From IMG/VR virus record IMGVR_UViG_3300046171_000001, positions 1-37,115 of that record: a stretch of DNA of 37,115 nucleotides; one strand, given 5' to 3'. Position numbers and translations under genes: made by a program. This document shows positions 11,301-19,572 of this stretch, in pieces; position 1 is the stretch's first letter, and each line of letters begins with the position of its first letter. Source of the DNA: a virus (Duplodnaviria; Caudoviricetes). The notes beneath the pieces are model-generated. The model was not told the origin of the DNA. It searched no databases and saw nothing but the letters and a program-made list of their open reading frames with translations.

Positions 11301-12104
11301 ATTATTACTTTCTAAGGCTGAAACAAATGACATGAACTCATTAAGATACATAATTTGTAAATCATTAAATTCATAATTTTGTTTAGCATATTCTAACATT
11401 GTTTTTGAATTTGCACCTGTAGAAAAAGCTGTATGTAATACATTTACAGGTTCGTTAGCTTTTCTTTCATCTTCAGCTTGTTCGTAATTTGTATCAAAAA
11501 GATATCTACCTGTTTCTTTGTTAAAACCAAAATTACCTGCAATAGCATCTTTAGCTTGTGCGTTTTCTAGTAATTTAACTTGCTCATCATTTAATGCACT
11601 TTCTGCTAAAGTTAAATCAACACCACCTTTAAACTTTTCTTTTTCATATGCTATGTTTGGATAATATTTTTCCATCCAATTATCTATAAATCCTACTCTA
11701 CCATTATCATCTTCTTTAAATAATTTATATGCTTCATCTATTTTATTAAGAATTTTAGCTTGATCTTCATTTTTAAGTAAATCAAATGTTGTATTTTTAA
11801 GATTATATTTACCGTCAGATGTTTTGTTAGATTTGATTGTATTAACATTTTCTTCTTCTTGCATTTTCATCAATGATGATTTTTTACCTAAAGGCATTTG
11901 ATTTTCTGTAATAGCAGTTGTATCTTCCTGCATATCAGTATCTAATAATGAATTAGATTTAATAGGTACTATACCGTAACTATTGTATATTTCTTTTTTA
12001 TTAAATCCTGCTTTTTCTAAAAGAGGTACTTGGGTATCAACATACGATTTTATTGTGTCTGTATCAAACCCAGCTTGTGATAATTGTAAAGCTGTAATTT
12101 TCAT
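5352..12104 (-). CDS. Large internal virion/ejection protein with lytic transglycosylase-like, hydrophobic, HExxH and LPD38-like regions
   Basis: 2250 aa; ALES...AGGLFQF SLT-like motif, Gly/Ala hydrophobic stretch, FAHELGH, C-terminal YIPI...YLRIP; T7 gp16-equivalent position. Confidence 0.75.
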   Translation of the reverse strand: MKITALQLSQAGFDTDTIKSYVDTQVPLLEKAGFNKKEIYNSYGIVPIKSNSLLDTDMQEDTTAITENQMPLGKKSSLMKMQEEENVNTIKSNKTSDGKYNLKNTTFDLLKNEDQAKILNKIDEAYKLFKEDDNGRVGFIDNWMEKYYPNIAYEKEKFKGGVDLTLAESALNDEQVKLLENAQAKDAIAGNFGFNKETGRYLFDTNYEQAEDERKANEPVNVLHTAFSTGANSKTMLEYAKQNYEFNDLQIMYLNEFMSFVSALESNNRNIYNADGSAGGLFQFRKSGFRTALNRFINVNRKVNKDYELPYWVTEAFKHEDPTRLSPDEQKALALANFLEIPKSEKFNRAGSDQLIKAIANGDVDAMKKLYIEYHHADYEKVEDIEAGVGQEYRLVDNQELKDRTDKYFDKFGTDQYDYETAQLAYWGNDNIVTKALEKLPANVGDKVLNAFGGKGYYNVFTNGYEQSVNGMLDRYYQVFIDDPNADPKEAIQRIFMFQEQRFDKDIVASAVTLVNDLPFMAAGCFAAGGTALVGSAGTAAPALPIICGAGGFALPEVIRSSYMRAIEDNFVGSFPEFLSHYMDKKTAIVAGKTAVIGGATFGVGAKVKALTGSTTARLSSEIAVMTTLGAALEGHVPTMRDFAHATVLVFGIHGSIRGMKMFKDIYTEYGRHPRDVIKDMEKDVTVRHQIENGQMPTLYEQGAKTVVEGLEKQANIKLLPAPKFKNNEIVNVSTSSTEVGRVIGKETIGNEKVVIIEKTNGAKIPVLESEVRKAPNKPVEVKIEGDKININFAKDTSFAERKSNGEFNVNVVEVTKNKQNIYTESTFKSNADLAVRDTGSAIKIITKDGKTIANETITVQSKFYPEIAKRLKENKELKTEYQNAKELINKERNGLSSTAKKVEVIFGLKGNVEQLIVRVGNENVAIPRSAYEQLIRFNDKGTIKTADMMGSDAKQVIMMLHPESGKILATIKGEKINGEIDAQATNYFDTFKTKDGVYFDRVNSSKDGDNWGIPRDIFTQEKNLPADYANNAAQWKGLFNSSRGLDMIDLVELYKAFVKKSPELNNLPTGLNGYFQFKGKKSPRIVINEALQKNPEQFLMTFAHELGHLIDYLPNATLSRGNILGSIAALKGYMNKWIDGKNEGAKPLSAKEIEAIKSAAIKEAKAKEKETNAEIKQLEITPDTILKIFNDASAREKINPDFYNAFVKLPAEVKKLVVKDAMKGLMSHHMKAIADKINGKPSDSRLTNEAYKIFKDKFERIIKERGLVNKEWITTELKNLSAKWKPFDRAASQKYTEYRDGPRELMADFMMAFMLRPQWVKNNAPRTWEMWMHYMDARPEVRANWERIQIDLKSGTDKRLSKVVSDIGNMFRETNEATIKRIEKDYKPDLADVLGTEAIDNFFWIYRRFRGTGSDRWHSPLAKELNWSIENYRYRHAKLKRYTDDMMRKVVKPAEELGYNSIDIGTMLFLRNIAESSQRNKLVNSLGIMKVNPDLAKVLGNRTAKEIYDYYVKLHPQLFELTNEFYKVRQEMVIPELKESGMYDKELIAKLENNKEYVTFNVRKYLLERIEKYGPNSSATRFLKGSKGTFDDIMNVFNATLEKDMLLMVEAKRHRTMALTVKWLKENKNWMEAYGKKSGEAYRPDRVIYKPKFIGEGKLEKPAKGMEQFSYMKDGKMQHWHVNKFVAQSFKENPNGTMMMYKIMTGTGDVFRKMFTEYNPAFWPINLGRDLNRSVKLLKGARYIDIAGKGKNSLLKYYFKAVKPAYQSIFKDGTELTRWMESEGFLISMNEGYRGQAGSKALMKGLDPDTYMLERLLGDMQKKKGFDKFWNDTFGHLFSTLGNFARMFERTPKIAGTMYLRDAIKRGDLKMNDKEMMLRIQSEVGSPNFLRQGRLNAFTNNLYLYSNAFKEGWRADITRFREDPASVGGKFIAYNVMPKILQKMMEVGLFGASLGMVYKYGISDWDKINYIPIVLGETQDGRPVYLRIPQDETSRLINGFLYKAMSIGDDGKTGTFETPADLFGYLGSSGLPSMNPVFSLFGDVIGWMNGTTPYDDFRGTTAIDKTTDKADDARKNKELLKWFFNTYSGQGLYKFKSNNFEEISSELEEMLDMPVVGRILNRFVKIGNNPIVGYMENSEGGLQQYEKENAQVTLDFKEAIVNLTTGEPLTNKHKMALLARSESLKTNKLLIDRLSQMAGGTVLLQDFLTETDSKKQAIMIMKLVEFIEKTDNTYPINFIKEQKSDKIEE

Positions 12105-12106
12105 AG

Positions 12107-13936
12107 TTATTCAAAGTCTGGCATTATAAACAAATCAGATATATCTAATGTTTCAACATTTTCTCCAGTAATAACACTAGGTAATCCATCTGTTCTTTTT
12201 ATTAATTTTTTAGCTCGTTTTAAATAAGTAATAACATCTTCACCTTCATTTCTTGGAGGCATAACAAGATTAGCATTACTTGGTGTTTTACCTACAAAAT
12301 ATTCAGTAGGCATAATATAAAAAGATTGATCTGTAGCTGTTGGGCCAACAATACCTTTAATTTTGTTTTGTAGTTCATTTAATCTTTCATCACTTATAGT
12401 ACCTTTATAAGTTTCAATTAAATCACCTAAAATATAATTTGGATGTCTTCTATTGACTAACATATTTTCATATGTAAATCCTTTACGTTCACCTTCAGCA
12501 AGTAATCTATACATATTGTTCATAGCATTGTATGCTTCTTGGGTCATTTTTCCACTATCTAATGCACTTAATAAAGCACCTGTTCTTTCTTCTGCTGGTA
12601 ATTGTTGTAAACTATTTAACATTCCTAACACACCTTCATCAGCACCTATTTCTTTCATCAACATAGATGTGGCTTTTGTAGTAATATCTTTTTTGTATGC
12701 GTTTCTACTTTTTGTTAATTCACCACTTTGTTTATATAAACTCATTGCTGTTTTAGGTTCTAACAATCCTTGAGCCATTAAATCCCAAATAACTTCTCTT
12801 TCTTTTTCAGTATCCATTGCACCAGAACCAATAAGATAAGTAGTCATTGCTAATGCTTGATTACCTTCTACACTATTCCAACTATTTTTACCATTTTTCA
12901 TATTATTTAAAGCGGCATTGTAAGCAGTTCTCATAGATAATTTTGTGCTTGGTTCTAAGTCTGAATTTTCTAAATCAGCCATAAAATTTTTAGCATTTTC
13001 TTGACCTTCTTTAGTACCAGTTTCTAAACCAATAATTCTATCAACAAAATCTGTTTTAGTTATTTTGTCTTTTTCTTCTTTTTGTTTTGTGTGTAATGAG
13101 TTTTGATTAGTAAATTCATTTTGTGCTTGTTTAATTAATTCTTTTCTTAAATCATCATCAACAGTTAATTCTTTACCTTCAATATCAACCATTGTAAAAT
13201 TTTTGTTTTTAAGTCTAGATGTTACATTGTTCCAATCTACTTCTTGGCTACCATTAGGTGACATAACAATTAAATCTTTTGTAGCTTGTAACATTCCGTA
13301 TTTTACATTTGTCCAATTTTTAGTTGTTTCTTTAACTTCATTAAAAGTTTTTTCGTCAAACAAATTAGTTTCTACATTTTTCTTTAAATGTAATTCTGTA
13401 TATAATTCATATTGTGCTTCTATTTGTGCTAATGAATTAGCTTGTTCTACAGATGATTTGTATGCAGTATTTGCTTCATTAAAAGCATGACCTGCGTTTT
13501 TAAGTTTTTGATTATTAACTGCTTTAACTACATCATTTCTAGCTTCAAAAAATTTTTGATAATATAAAGGTTGGTATTCTTTCCAAGTTTGTTCATCTAA
13601 TCCAGCTTTAAATTCTTTTTCCCATCCTGCCGCACTTTTGTCATAATCTAATAACCAATTATCTGGAGTTAAAAAATCTTGTCTATTTTGTAATGAATTT
13701 TGAAAATCAGAAGTTTTACCATACATCATAGCTGTTGATAAATCTTTATTAGTATTAATATCTAATCTTCTTAATTTAGCATCAATAGAGTTTTTTTTGT
13801 TAGCATATTCTGTAATTTTGTTTATTGCAGTTACACCAAGATTAGCTACAGCACCACCTGTTTGAGTACCTGTACTTAACGATCTACCACTATTAATAGT
13901 AGTACCACCTTCACTTCTATATCTTGGTATCTTCAT
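12107..13936 (-). CDS. Internal virion/ejection protein
   Basis: 609-aa helical protein starting MKIPRY; T7 gp15-equivalent position. Confidence 0.65.
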   Translation of the reverse strand: MKIPRYRSEGGTTINSGRSLSTGTQTGGAVANLGVTAINKITEYANKKNSIDAKLRRLDINTNKDLSTAMMYGKTSDFQNSLQNRQDFLTPDNWLLDYDKSAAGWEKEFKAGLDEQTWKEYQPLYYQKFFEARNDVVKAVNNQKLKNAGHAFNEANTAYKSSVEQANSLAQIEAQYELYTELHLKKNVETNLFDEKTFNEVKETTKNWTNVKYGMLQATKDLIVMSPNGSQEVDWNNVTSRLKNKNFTMVDIEGKELTVDDDLRKELIKQAQNEFTNQNSLHTKQKEEKDKITKTDFVDRIIGLETGTKEGQENAKNFMADLENSDLEPSTKLSMRTAYNAALNNMKNGKNSWNSVEGNQALAMTTYLIGSGAMDTEKEREVIWDLMAQGLLEPKTAMSLYKQSGELTKSRNAYKKDITTKATSMLMKEIGADEGVLGMLNSLQQLPAEERTGALLSALDSGKMTQEAYNAMNNMYRLLAEGERKGFTYENMLVNRRHPNYILGDLIETYKGTISDERLNELQNKIKGIVGPTATDQSFYIMPTEYFVGKTPSNANLVMPPRNEGEDVITYLKRAKKLIKRTDGLPSVITGENVETLDISDLFIMPDFE

Positions 13937-14102
13937 ATGTAATCCTATATTGAGCAGGGCTAAAACTATGACTTTTTACTGATCCATTCATATCAGTAGT
14001 AGTTTTAAAAGCCTTAAAATCATTACCTGCTTGTGGTATTTTTTTTGTGTAACCTTCAAATATCATTGTATCATGTTCCCAAACTTTTACTAGATAAACC
14101 AT
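13917..14102 (-). CDS. Hypothetical protein
   Basis: 61 aa, TAATG-coupled to the upstream gene, fills the gap. Confidence 0.55.
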   Translation of the reverse strand: MVYLVKVWEHDTMIFEGYTKKIPQAGNDFKAFKTTTDMNGSVKSHSFSPAQYRITYEDTKI

Positions 14103-14542
14103 TAAGCAATACCTTTTTTAGCCGCCGCTTGATCTTGTTTATAATTTTTATATGTCATACCAGCAGATAGTAATGTTTCACCCATTTTATATTTTTGTGC
14201 AGTAAGTAATCCAGTTGTTTCTGCATCCATTGCCGCATTTCTAACAAAAACTCTTTTTTCTAAAAATAACATATCATTTTCAAATTCTTCAAAATCTGCA
14301 TTAGCTATAAGTAAAGGTGAACCAGAAAATTGCGCACCACTTGCACCTATTCTTGCTCTTTGTGCAGACATTAATTTTGCTTGTTCTTTTAATTTTTTTT
14401 GTTTTTCGTATTGAAATGACAATTCATTTTCATATTTATTCCAAGCCGCATTGGCTTTAATTTGTTTCATTTGTTGTCTTTGACCCATAATGGTAACTGC
14501 TGTACTAGCCGCCATTAAAAAAGGTATCATTTGAAATGCCAT
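14102..14542 (-). CDS. Internal virion protein (gp14-like)
   Basis: Hydrophobic N-terminus, QRARIGASGAQFSGSPL motif, AGGAG RBS. Confidence 0.7.
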   Translation of the reverse strand: MAFQMIPFLMAASTAVTIMGQRQQMKQIKANAAWNKYENELSFQYEKQKKLKEQAKLMSAQRARIGASGAQFSGSPLLIANADFEEFENDMLFLEKRVFVRNAAMDAETTGLLTAQKYKMGETLLSAGMTYKNYKQDQAAAKKGIA

Positions 14543-14552
14543 ATTTTACTCC

Positions 14553-16804
14553 TTAATCACTTGTTACTAATGTTCCTGTTATCCCCAATACCGTCATTGG
14601 TAAAGGTTGTTCTTGTTTTATAATAATTTGTCCATCTCTATCCCATCCTAAATTAATTACCCTTTTATCTCCAGTAAATTCTGAGATATTTTGGCCCATT
14701 GGCGTAGATGATGTTCTAAATGGTAATTGATCTCCATTTATATTAATACCAACAGTTTTATGTAATCTTACTAATACTTCATTATATCTTTTTTTTCTAC
14801 CTTGTGCAGTACCAGCAGATGCACCAGCTTCTACTCTCATAGTTTTTAATTGTGAGATATAACCAAGACCAATCTCTATTGATTTGTAACCTGTATTTGC
14901 AGGTAAACTAATAGTAATTGATCCACTTGATACTGTTTGATTTGGATATACAGCATCACCAATAAGTATTTGTACACTTTCACCTTCTAAATGATCTAAA
15001 CCTGTTATTGTAGAACTACTTGCATTTACTGTTGTAGATAATGCACTATCCATATTTAATTTTTTATCTAAATATTCTATGTGTTTTACAATGTTATTAT
15101 TTATTTTTCTTTCAACAATAACCCATGTTTGATTTTCTAAATCTTCAGAAATAGTACAAACAGATTTAACTTTTGCTTGTGCTTCTATACTTTGAGTTCC
15201 AACACCTGCTGTTATTTGTAATACAGTTCTATCAATTGCTTGTTCATAACTATCTGCAAATTCAATATTATTAGCATCAATTTTAATAATATAATAATAT
15301 TCGTTATCTTGTAAGCCACCTAATTTAGTTCCGCCATCTGCTTTGTATAAAACTTTATCACCTGTTTCAAAACCATGATTAGTTATTGTAATATAACCAT
15401 TAAAATTAGGATCAGTTGTTTTAGGTGTTACATCTGTTGCGGCATCAAATGTTTGTTTAAATGAACCACCAATAATATGTCTATGCCAAGCAACAACATC
15501 TTCTTCTCTTTGATAAGTTAAACCTAATAAAGTTCCATCTTCTCTTACTGCCCAATAAATACTTTGTGGTTCTTGTGCGTAATCAACATCAACTATTCCA
15601 TTACCTGTAATATGTTCTGCAAGTAATGTCATATCTGGTGCTAAATACGCATCATCTTCAAATCTGTATGCTAATTCTCTAATTTTTTTTCTTTGTCTTT
15701 GTACAAACAAAACAGCGTTACCAATTTGAATAGGTTGTGTACTATAACCACCATATGTAGTTTGTTGTGTAATTTGTACGTTATCAGGCTGTAAAGGCTC
15801 ACCAGTTGGTCTTCCTACTTTAAATTCACCACCAGCAGTACCAACAATTAAATCTCTAGCAGGTGCTAACCATCTTATTGTATTAACTTTGTTAGCCGCT
15901 ATCGTATAAATAAAACTATCTGCTGGGCTACCATCACCTGCATGAAAATGCTCGTAAAAACCACTTTCACTAGCCCATATAGTTTGTGGATATGATGTAC
16001 TTCCACCAAATACTAATCTTTGTTCAAAAAATGAAACTGTTTTAGGATATCCTGTGTGTTCAGACCAAGCGCCTAATGCCCAATCAGTTGTAGCAGTTGC
16101 AGAACCTAAATCTTGTTTTATTTCCCATGTAACAACTGTTGCTGATGTATAAGCAGTAATAACACCCCATCCATCTTTCATGCTTATTAATCTTCCAATA
16201 TCATCAGAATGAAAACCAGTTATTTAGGAGAACATTCAAATGAAGATGCAGATGCAGTTAATGTTCTACCTGTACCAATACTTTGATGTGATGATGTAAA
16301 TGTTATACTACTTTCGTTAGCATCTAAATAAGGCCCATTTTGAAATTCAACTTCTGTAAGTGTCCAAGACGTGTGACCTGTTCTTGATAATTTTCTAGGT
16401 TTTAATGTTTCATGTACAATGTACATAACGTCTGCTGATTGTGTAAATTGTATTTCATACAACATACTTTCTGTAAATGGAGTTGCTATTTCGTAAGCTG
16501 ATCCACCAGAAGTTATTTGTCCATTGTCTTTATAAAATCTAATATATTGATCTCCAAATTCTAATACATAAGATTGTTCTATATTAAATTCAAAAGGTAT
16601 AAGTCTAGTTACTTTAGAACTATCTTTTACTTCTTTTACAAATCTTGTACCATATCTTCTTGATGCGCCGCCTTGTGGAAATACTGTCATGTTTTCCATA
16701 ATCTCAACACCATTATTATATTTTTTAAAATCAACTTGACCAGCAAGTTTAGGTGTTAATTCACCAGCAGTAAAATTAGTTTGAAAAGGATGTACTCTAG
16801 CCAT
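14553..16804 (-). CDS. Tail tubular protein B (nozzle), split by an apparent frameshift near 16220
   Basis: N-part QTNFTAGELTP...PQGGASRRYG (16220..16804) and C-part WALGAWS..GYP...FFEQRL...QPLPMTVL (14553..16181). The second frame is open back to about 16220 (TGFHSDDIGRLIS). Confidence 0.85.
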
Positions 16805-17376
16805 TATCTTCGGAAAGTTGTAAATGTGTCAGAAACAAGATCATCAATAAATCCTTCTTGTCCATCAACACTACGGGCTTCCGAAAGTTTATATTCATAG
16901 AGTTTCTGCATTTGGGTTTGTAATTGAACAGAATTTGTAACTGGATATGCTAAATCTGTTGCCAATTTTGCAGTTAATGTATCAACAAACATACTGTCAA
17001 ATAAAGTAGGATTAGTAATTCTAGCAACATACATAATGTTTGCTGTGCCTTCATCTGTAAGTAATACTCTACCATGTGTAGCTACGTTTTCTACTTTAAA
17101 AATAAAATGCGGTTCTTCCATGCTTAATACTCTTAAACAATCTGAAGGTAATGAAAATTGATTAGCATAACCATAAGCGGGTGCTGTTGCTAATTTTGCT
17201 AATGATGCTCTTGTTGCCGCAAAATTCCAAGTGTGTAGTCTTAAAACTGCATCTCTTGCATCTGGATAAAATGAATTACAAAGTCTGGCTCTTTCAGTAT
17301 CATCTGTAAGTGATGTAATAGGATCGTCACCTAATCTTCTTAATGCATTTGAACAAATTGAAACTTCTGTAGCCAT
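16804..17376 (-). CDS. Tail tubular protein A (adaptor)
   Basis: ICSNALRRLG...WNFA...LPSDCLRV motifs; follows capsid. Confidence 0.85.
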   Translation of the reverse strand: MATEVSICSNALRRLGDDPITSLTDDTERARLCNSFYPDARDAVLRLHTWNFAATRASLAKLATAPAYGYANQFSLPSDCLRVLSMEEPHFIFKVENVATHGRVLLTDEGTANIMYVARITNPTLFDSMFVDTLTAKLATDLAYPVTNSVQLQTQMQKLYEYKLSEARSVDGQEGFIDDLVSDTFTTFRR

Positions 17377-17397
17377 AATATCCTTTTAATATATTAA

Positions 17398-17421
17398 AGG
17401 GCCATATATTGCAATGGCCCT
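17398..17421 (-). terminator. Intrinsic terminator after capsid gene
   Basis: AGGGCCAT-N8-ATGGCCCT inverted repeat followed by T/A-rich tail on the minus strand. Confidence 0.7.
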
Positions 17422-17449
17422 CTAAAGGTAAGTTGAAATTGTAAGTATA

Positions 17450-18310
17450 TTATACGTTACAAGCGATTTCTACAACTTTTTCGTCTTCAACTCTAGTAGC
17501 ACCAATCGTCATAGATAGGAATACTTGAGTTGCGTAGTTTTTGTCATCTCTTTCAGATATTCTTGTTTGGATATCTCTACCTAAAGCAAGACCAATAGCT
17601 GATTGAGTGAAAGCTAAAGCAAGGTTATCACCAGAACCATCTTGAGCAATTCTTTCAGTTCTAATGAACTTGAAGCCCATGAAAGTATCTACTTGACCTG
17701 CAACAAGTGCTTTAACACTATTGTAGTCAGCAGAAGTGATTTTTTCTTCACCTAGTAAAGCTGTGATCTCTTTAGCTGAACAAATTAAATATTTTTGTTC
17801 ATCTGGATCAACGTCAGATGCATCTAGGATTTCTTTAGCAGAGATAAGTTTATCTACTGATAAAGATGAAGTTCCTACAGCAATTTGTTGTGACGCAGGT
17901 AATGCGATAGTAGTAGCACCAGCTACACCACCAAATGCATTTCCAGAAGCCGCCGCAATAATAGCGTCATCCATTGCTCTACCCATAGCGTAAGCACCAG
18001 CTTTCGCATATTCAGATTGAGGTGAAATCAACATTCTTACTTTGTCCTCTTGGTCAATTAAATCAGCCCAATCGTAGTCAGCCAATGTAACTTTTCTTCT
18101 AGAGTGAGGAGTATCAATCTGAGGAGTGTTTGAATGTCTTGTTGTTCTTACTTGTGCCGCAGTAGCGCCAATTCTTTCAAAGTAGTGAGATGTACCTGTT
18201 ACTGTTTCAGATTTCACCGCACCTCTTAATCTAGAACCTTTTTGTTGCGCTAGATGAAACACATTACTTTTGTATTGTTCTACAAAAGCTGTTGTTATTT
18301 GTGTACTCAT
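17450..18310 (-). CDS. Major capsid protein
   Basis: MSTQITTAFVEQY...QQKGSRLR...TPHSRR...GATRVEDEKVVEI; follows scaffold. Confidence 0.9.
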   Translation of the reverse strand: MSTQITTAFVEQYKSNVFHLAQQKGSRLRGAVKSETVTGTSHYFERIGATAAQVRTTRHSNTPQIDTPHSRRKVTLADYDWADLIDQEDKVRMLISPQSEYAKAGAYAMGRAMDDAIIAAASGNAFGGVAGATTIALPASQQIAVGTSSLSVDKLISAKEILDASDVDPDEQKYLICSAKEITALLGEEKITSADYNSVKALVAGQVDTFMGFKFIRTERIAQDGSGDNLALAFTQSAIGLALGRDIQTRISERDDKNYATQVFLSMTIGATRVEDEKVVEIACNV

Positions 18311-18335
18311 GTTTTTAGTCCTTTATTTAAAAGTT

Positions 18336-18513
18336 AAGAATAGGGGGTATAATACAAATGCATTAAACCATATTCTCATTAATCGGTCTTTATCCTTACG
18401 GGAAACCTTATTGTAATAACGATACAATCAACACGGTTTTATAGTCCACATGACTTGGAAGTTTGTTGTCCTTTACGGGCAAACTTACTGTTGTAATAAT
18501 ATCACAATTGTGA
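18336..18513 (-). promoter_or_regulatory. Structured capsid leader: two matching hairpins, one long hairpin and a 12-bp palindrome
   Basis: Hairpins at 18459-18486, 18385-18407 and 18336-18377; TCACAATTGTGA at 18502-18513. Confidence 0.6.
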
Positions 18514-18514
18514 C

Positions 18515-19357
18515 TTATTTACCATATACTTTTTCATGTAATTGTCGCATTTTTTCTACAGCAATTTCATGGTTTGGATGTGATGGATCAAAATAAGCAT
18601 GACTTGTATCAGCCATAATATTATTAATTTCTTCTTTAGCATCTAATGGTGATACAGCTAATCTATTATTAGTAGTATTTTGAGCCATATCTTCTGTTAC
18701 TTCTTTACCAATAGTTGCTAAAAATTTTAATACAGCAGGATTATTACCAGCAGATGTTTCGGTTAAAAGAGTTCTTAACTCATCATCACCATAAACATTT
18801 AATGCTCTATCTGCGGCTCTAACATTTTTATCATAATCATAGCCCCATTCTTTTTTAAGCACTTCTTCTGCTTGTGATTTTTGTTGAGCCATTACTGAAC
18901 CTTCATTGTTTAAATTATTTTGAGTAGATTGAACTTGGTATTCCATTAACGCATTAACTTGTTCATTATTTAATCCAATTTTATGCGCTACGTTTTTAAA
19001 TTGCTCAACATCTTCTTTTTTAAAATAATCAACCATTTCATTTGGTATATTAATTTCGTATTTACTAGCGTCTTCTGGTCTTCCTAATTTATTATAAAGT
19101 TCTGCTTTTTCTTCATCTGTTTTAGGAATAGGTACTCTACTGCCTAAAACTTTTTGTTGATGTATTACTGTTTTAGCAAGACCTTCAACATCTTTAAAAT
19201 TAGCAAGTGTTGGATCGTTTTTTAATTCGTCAGATAGTGATGATTTCCAATCTTGATTATCACTTTCTGATCCAAGAACTGTATTAGCTGTTTCTTGTAT
19301 TGAATTAGCTATAGTAGTTTCTGGATTGTCAGTTGTGGTCGTTTGTTCATCAGACAT
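18515..19357 (-). CDS. Capsid scaffolding/assembly protein
   Basis: Acidic N-terminus, KLGRPE, LKKEWG, GNNP motifs; between portal and capsid. Confidence 0.85.
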   Translation of the reverse strand: MSDEQTTTTDNPETTIANSIQETANTVLGSESDNQDWKSSLSDELKNDPTLANFKDVEGLAKTVIHQQKVLGSRVPIPKTDEEKAELYNKLGRPEDASKYEINIPNEMVDYFKKEDVEQFKNVAHKIGLNNEQVNALMEYQVQSTQNNLNNEGSVMAQQKSQAEEVLKKEWGYDYDKNVRAADRALNVYGDDELRTLLTETSAGNNPAVLKFLATIGKEVTEDMAQNTTNNRLAVSPLDAKEEINNIMADTSHAYFDPSHPNHEIAVEKMRQLHEKVYGK

Positions 19358-19571
19358 TTTTATCCTCCTTTAATAGATTTATTATTCTGATTAATACCGA
19401 TCTTTGTCCTTCACGGTATGATGTTTCATGGGGATCATTTTTTATAAATGAACTCCTATGATAATAAGCAGACGTTAAATCTGCTAATACCTTCTCACCT
19501 TCTTTAGATGAAAATGTAATTTTGTATTGTTGTTTTAATTGTTTTAGATCATTGTCTTGATCTTTTGCCAT
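19350..19571 (-). CDS. Small head-module protein (Bbp19-like)
   Basis: F.S.EG.KVL.DL...EGQRSV motif after portal. Confidence 0.7.
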   Translation of the reverse strand: MAKDQDNDLKQLKQQYKITFSSKEGEKVLADLTSAYYHRSSFIKNDPHETSYREGQRSVLIRIINLLKEDKNV

Positions 19572-19572
19572 A

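Noticed and set aside
16201-16240. Programmed ribosomal frameshift in tail tubular B
   Set aside because: No slippery heptamer or stimulatory structure; several other indels point to sequence error.
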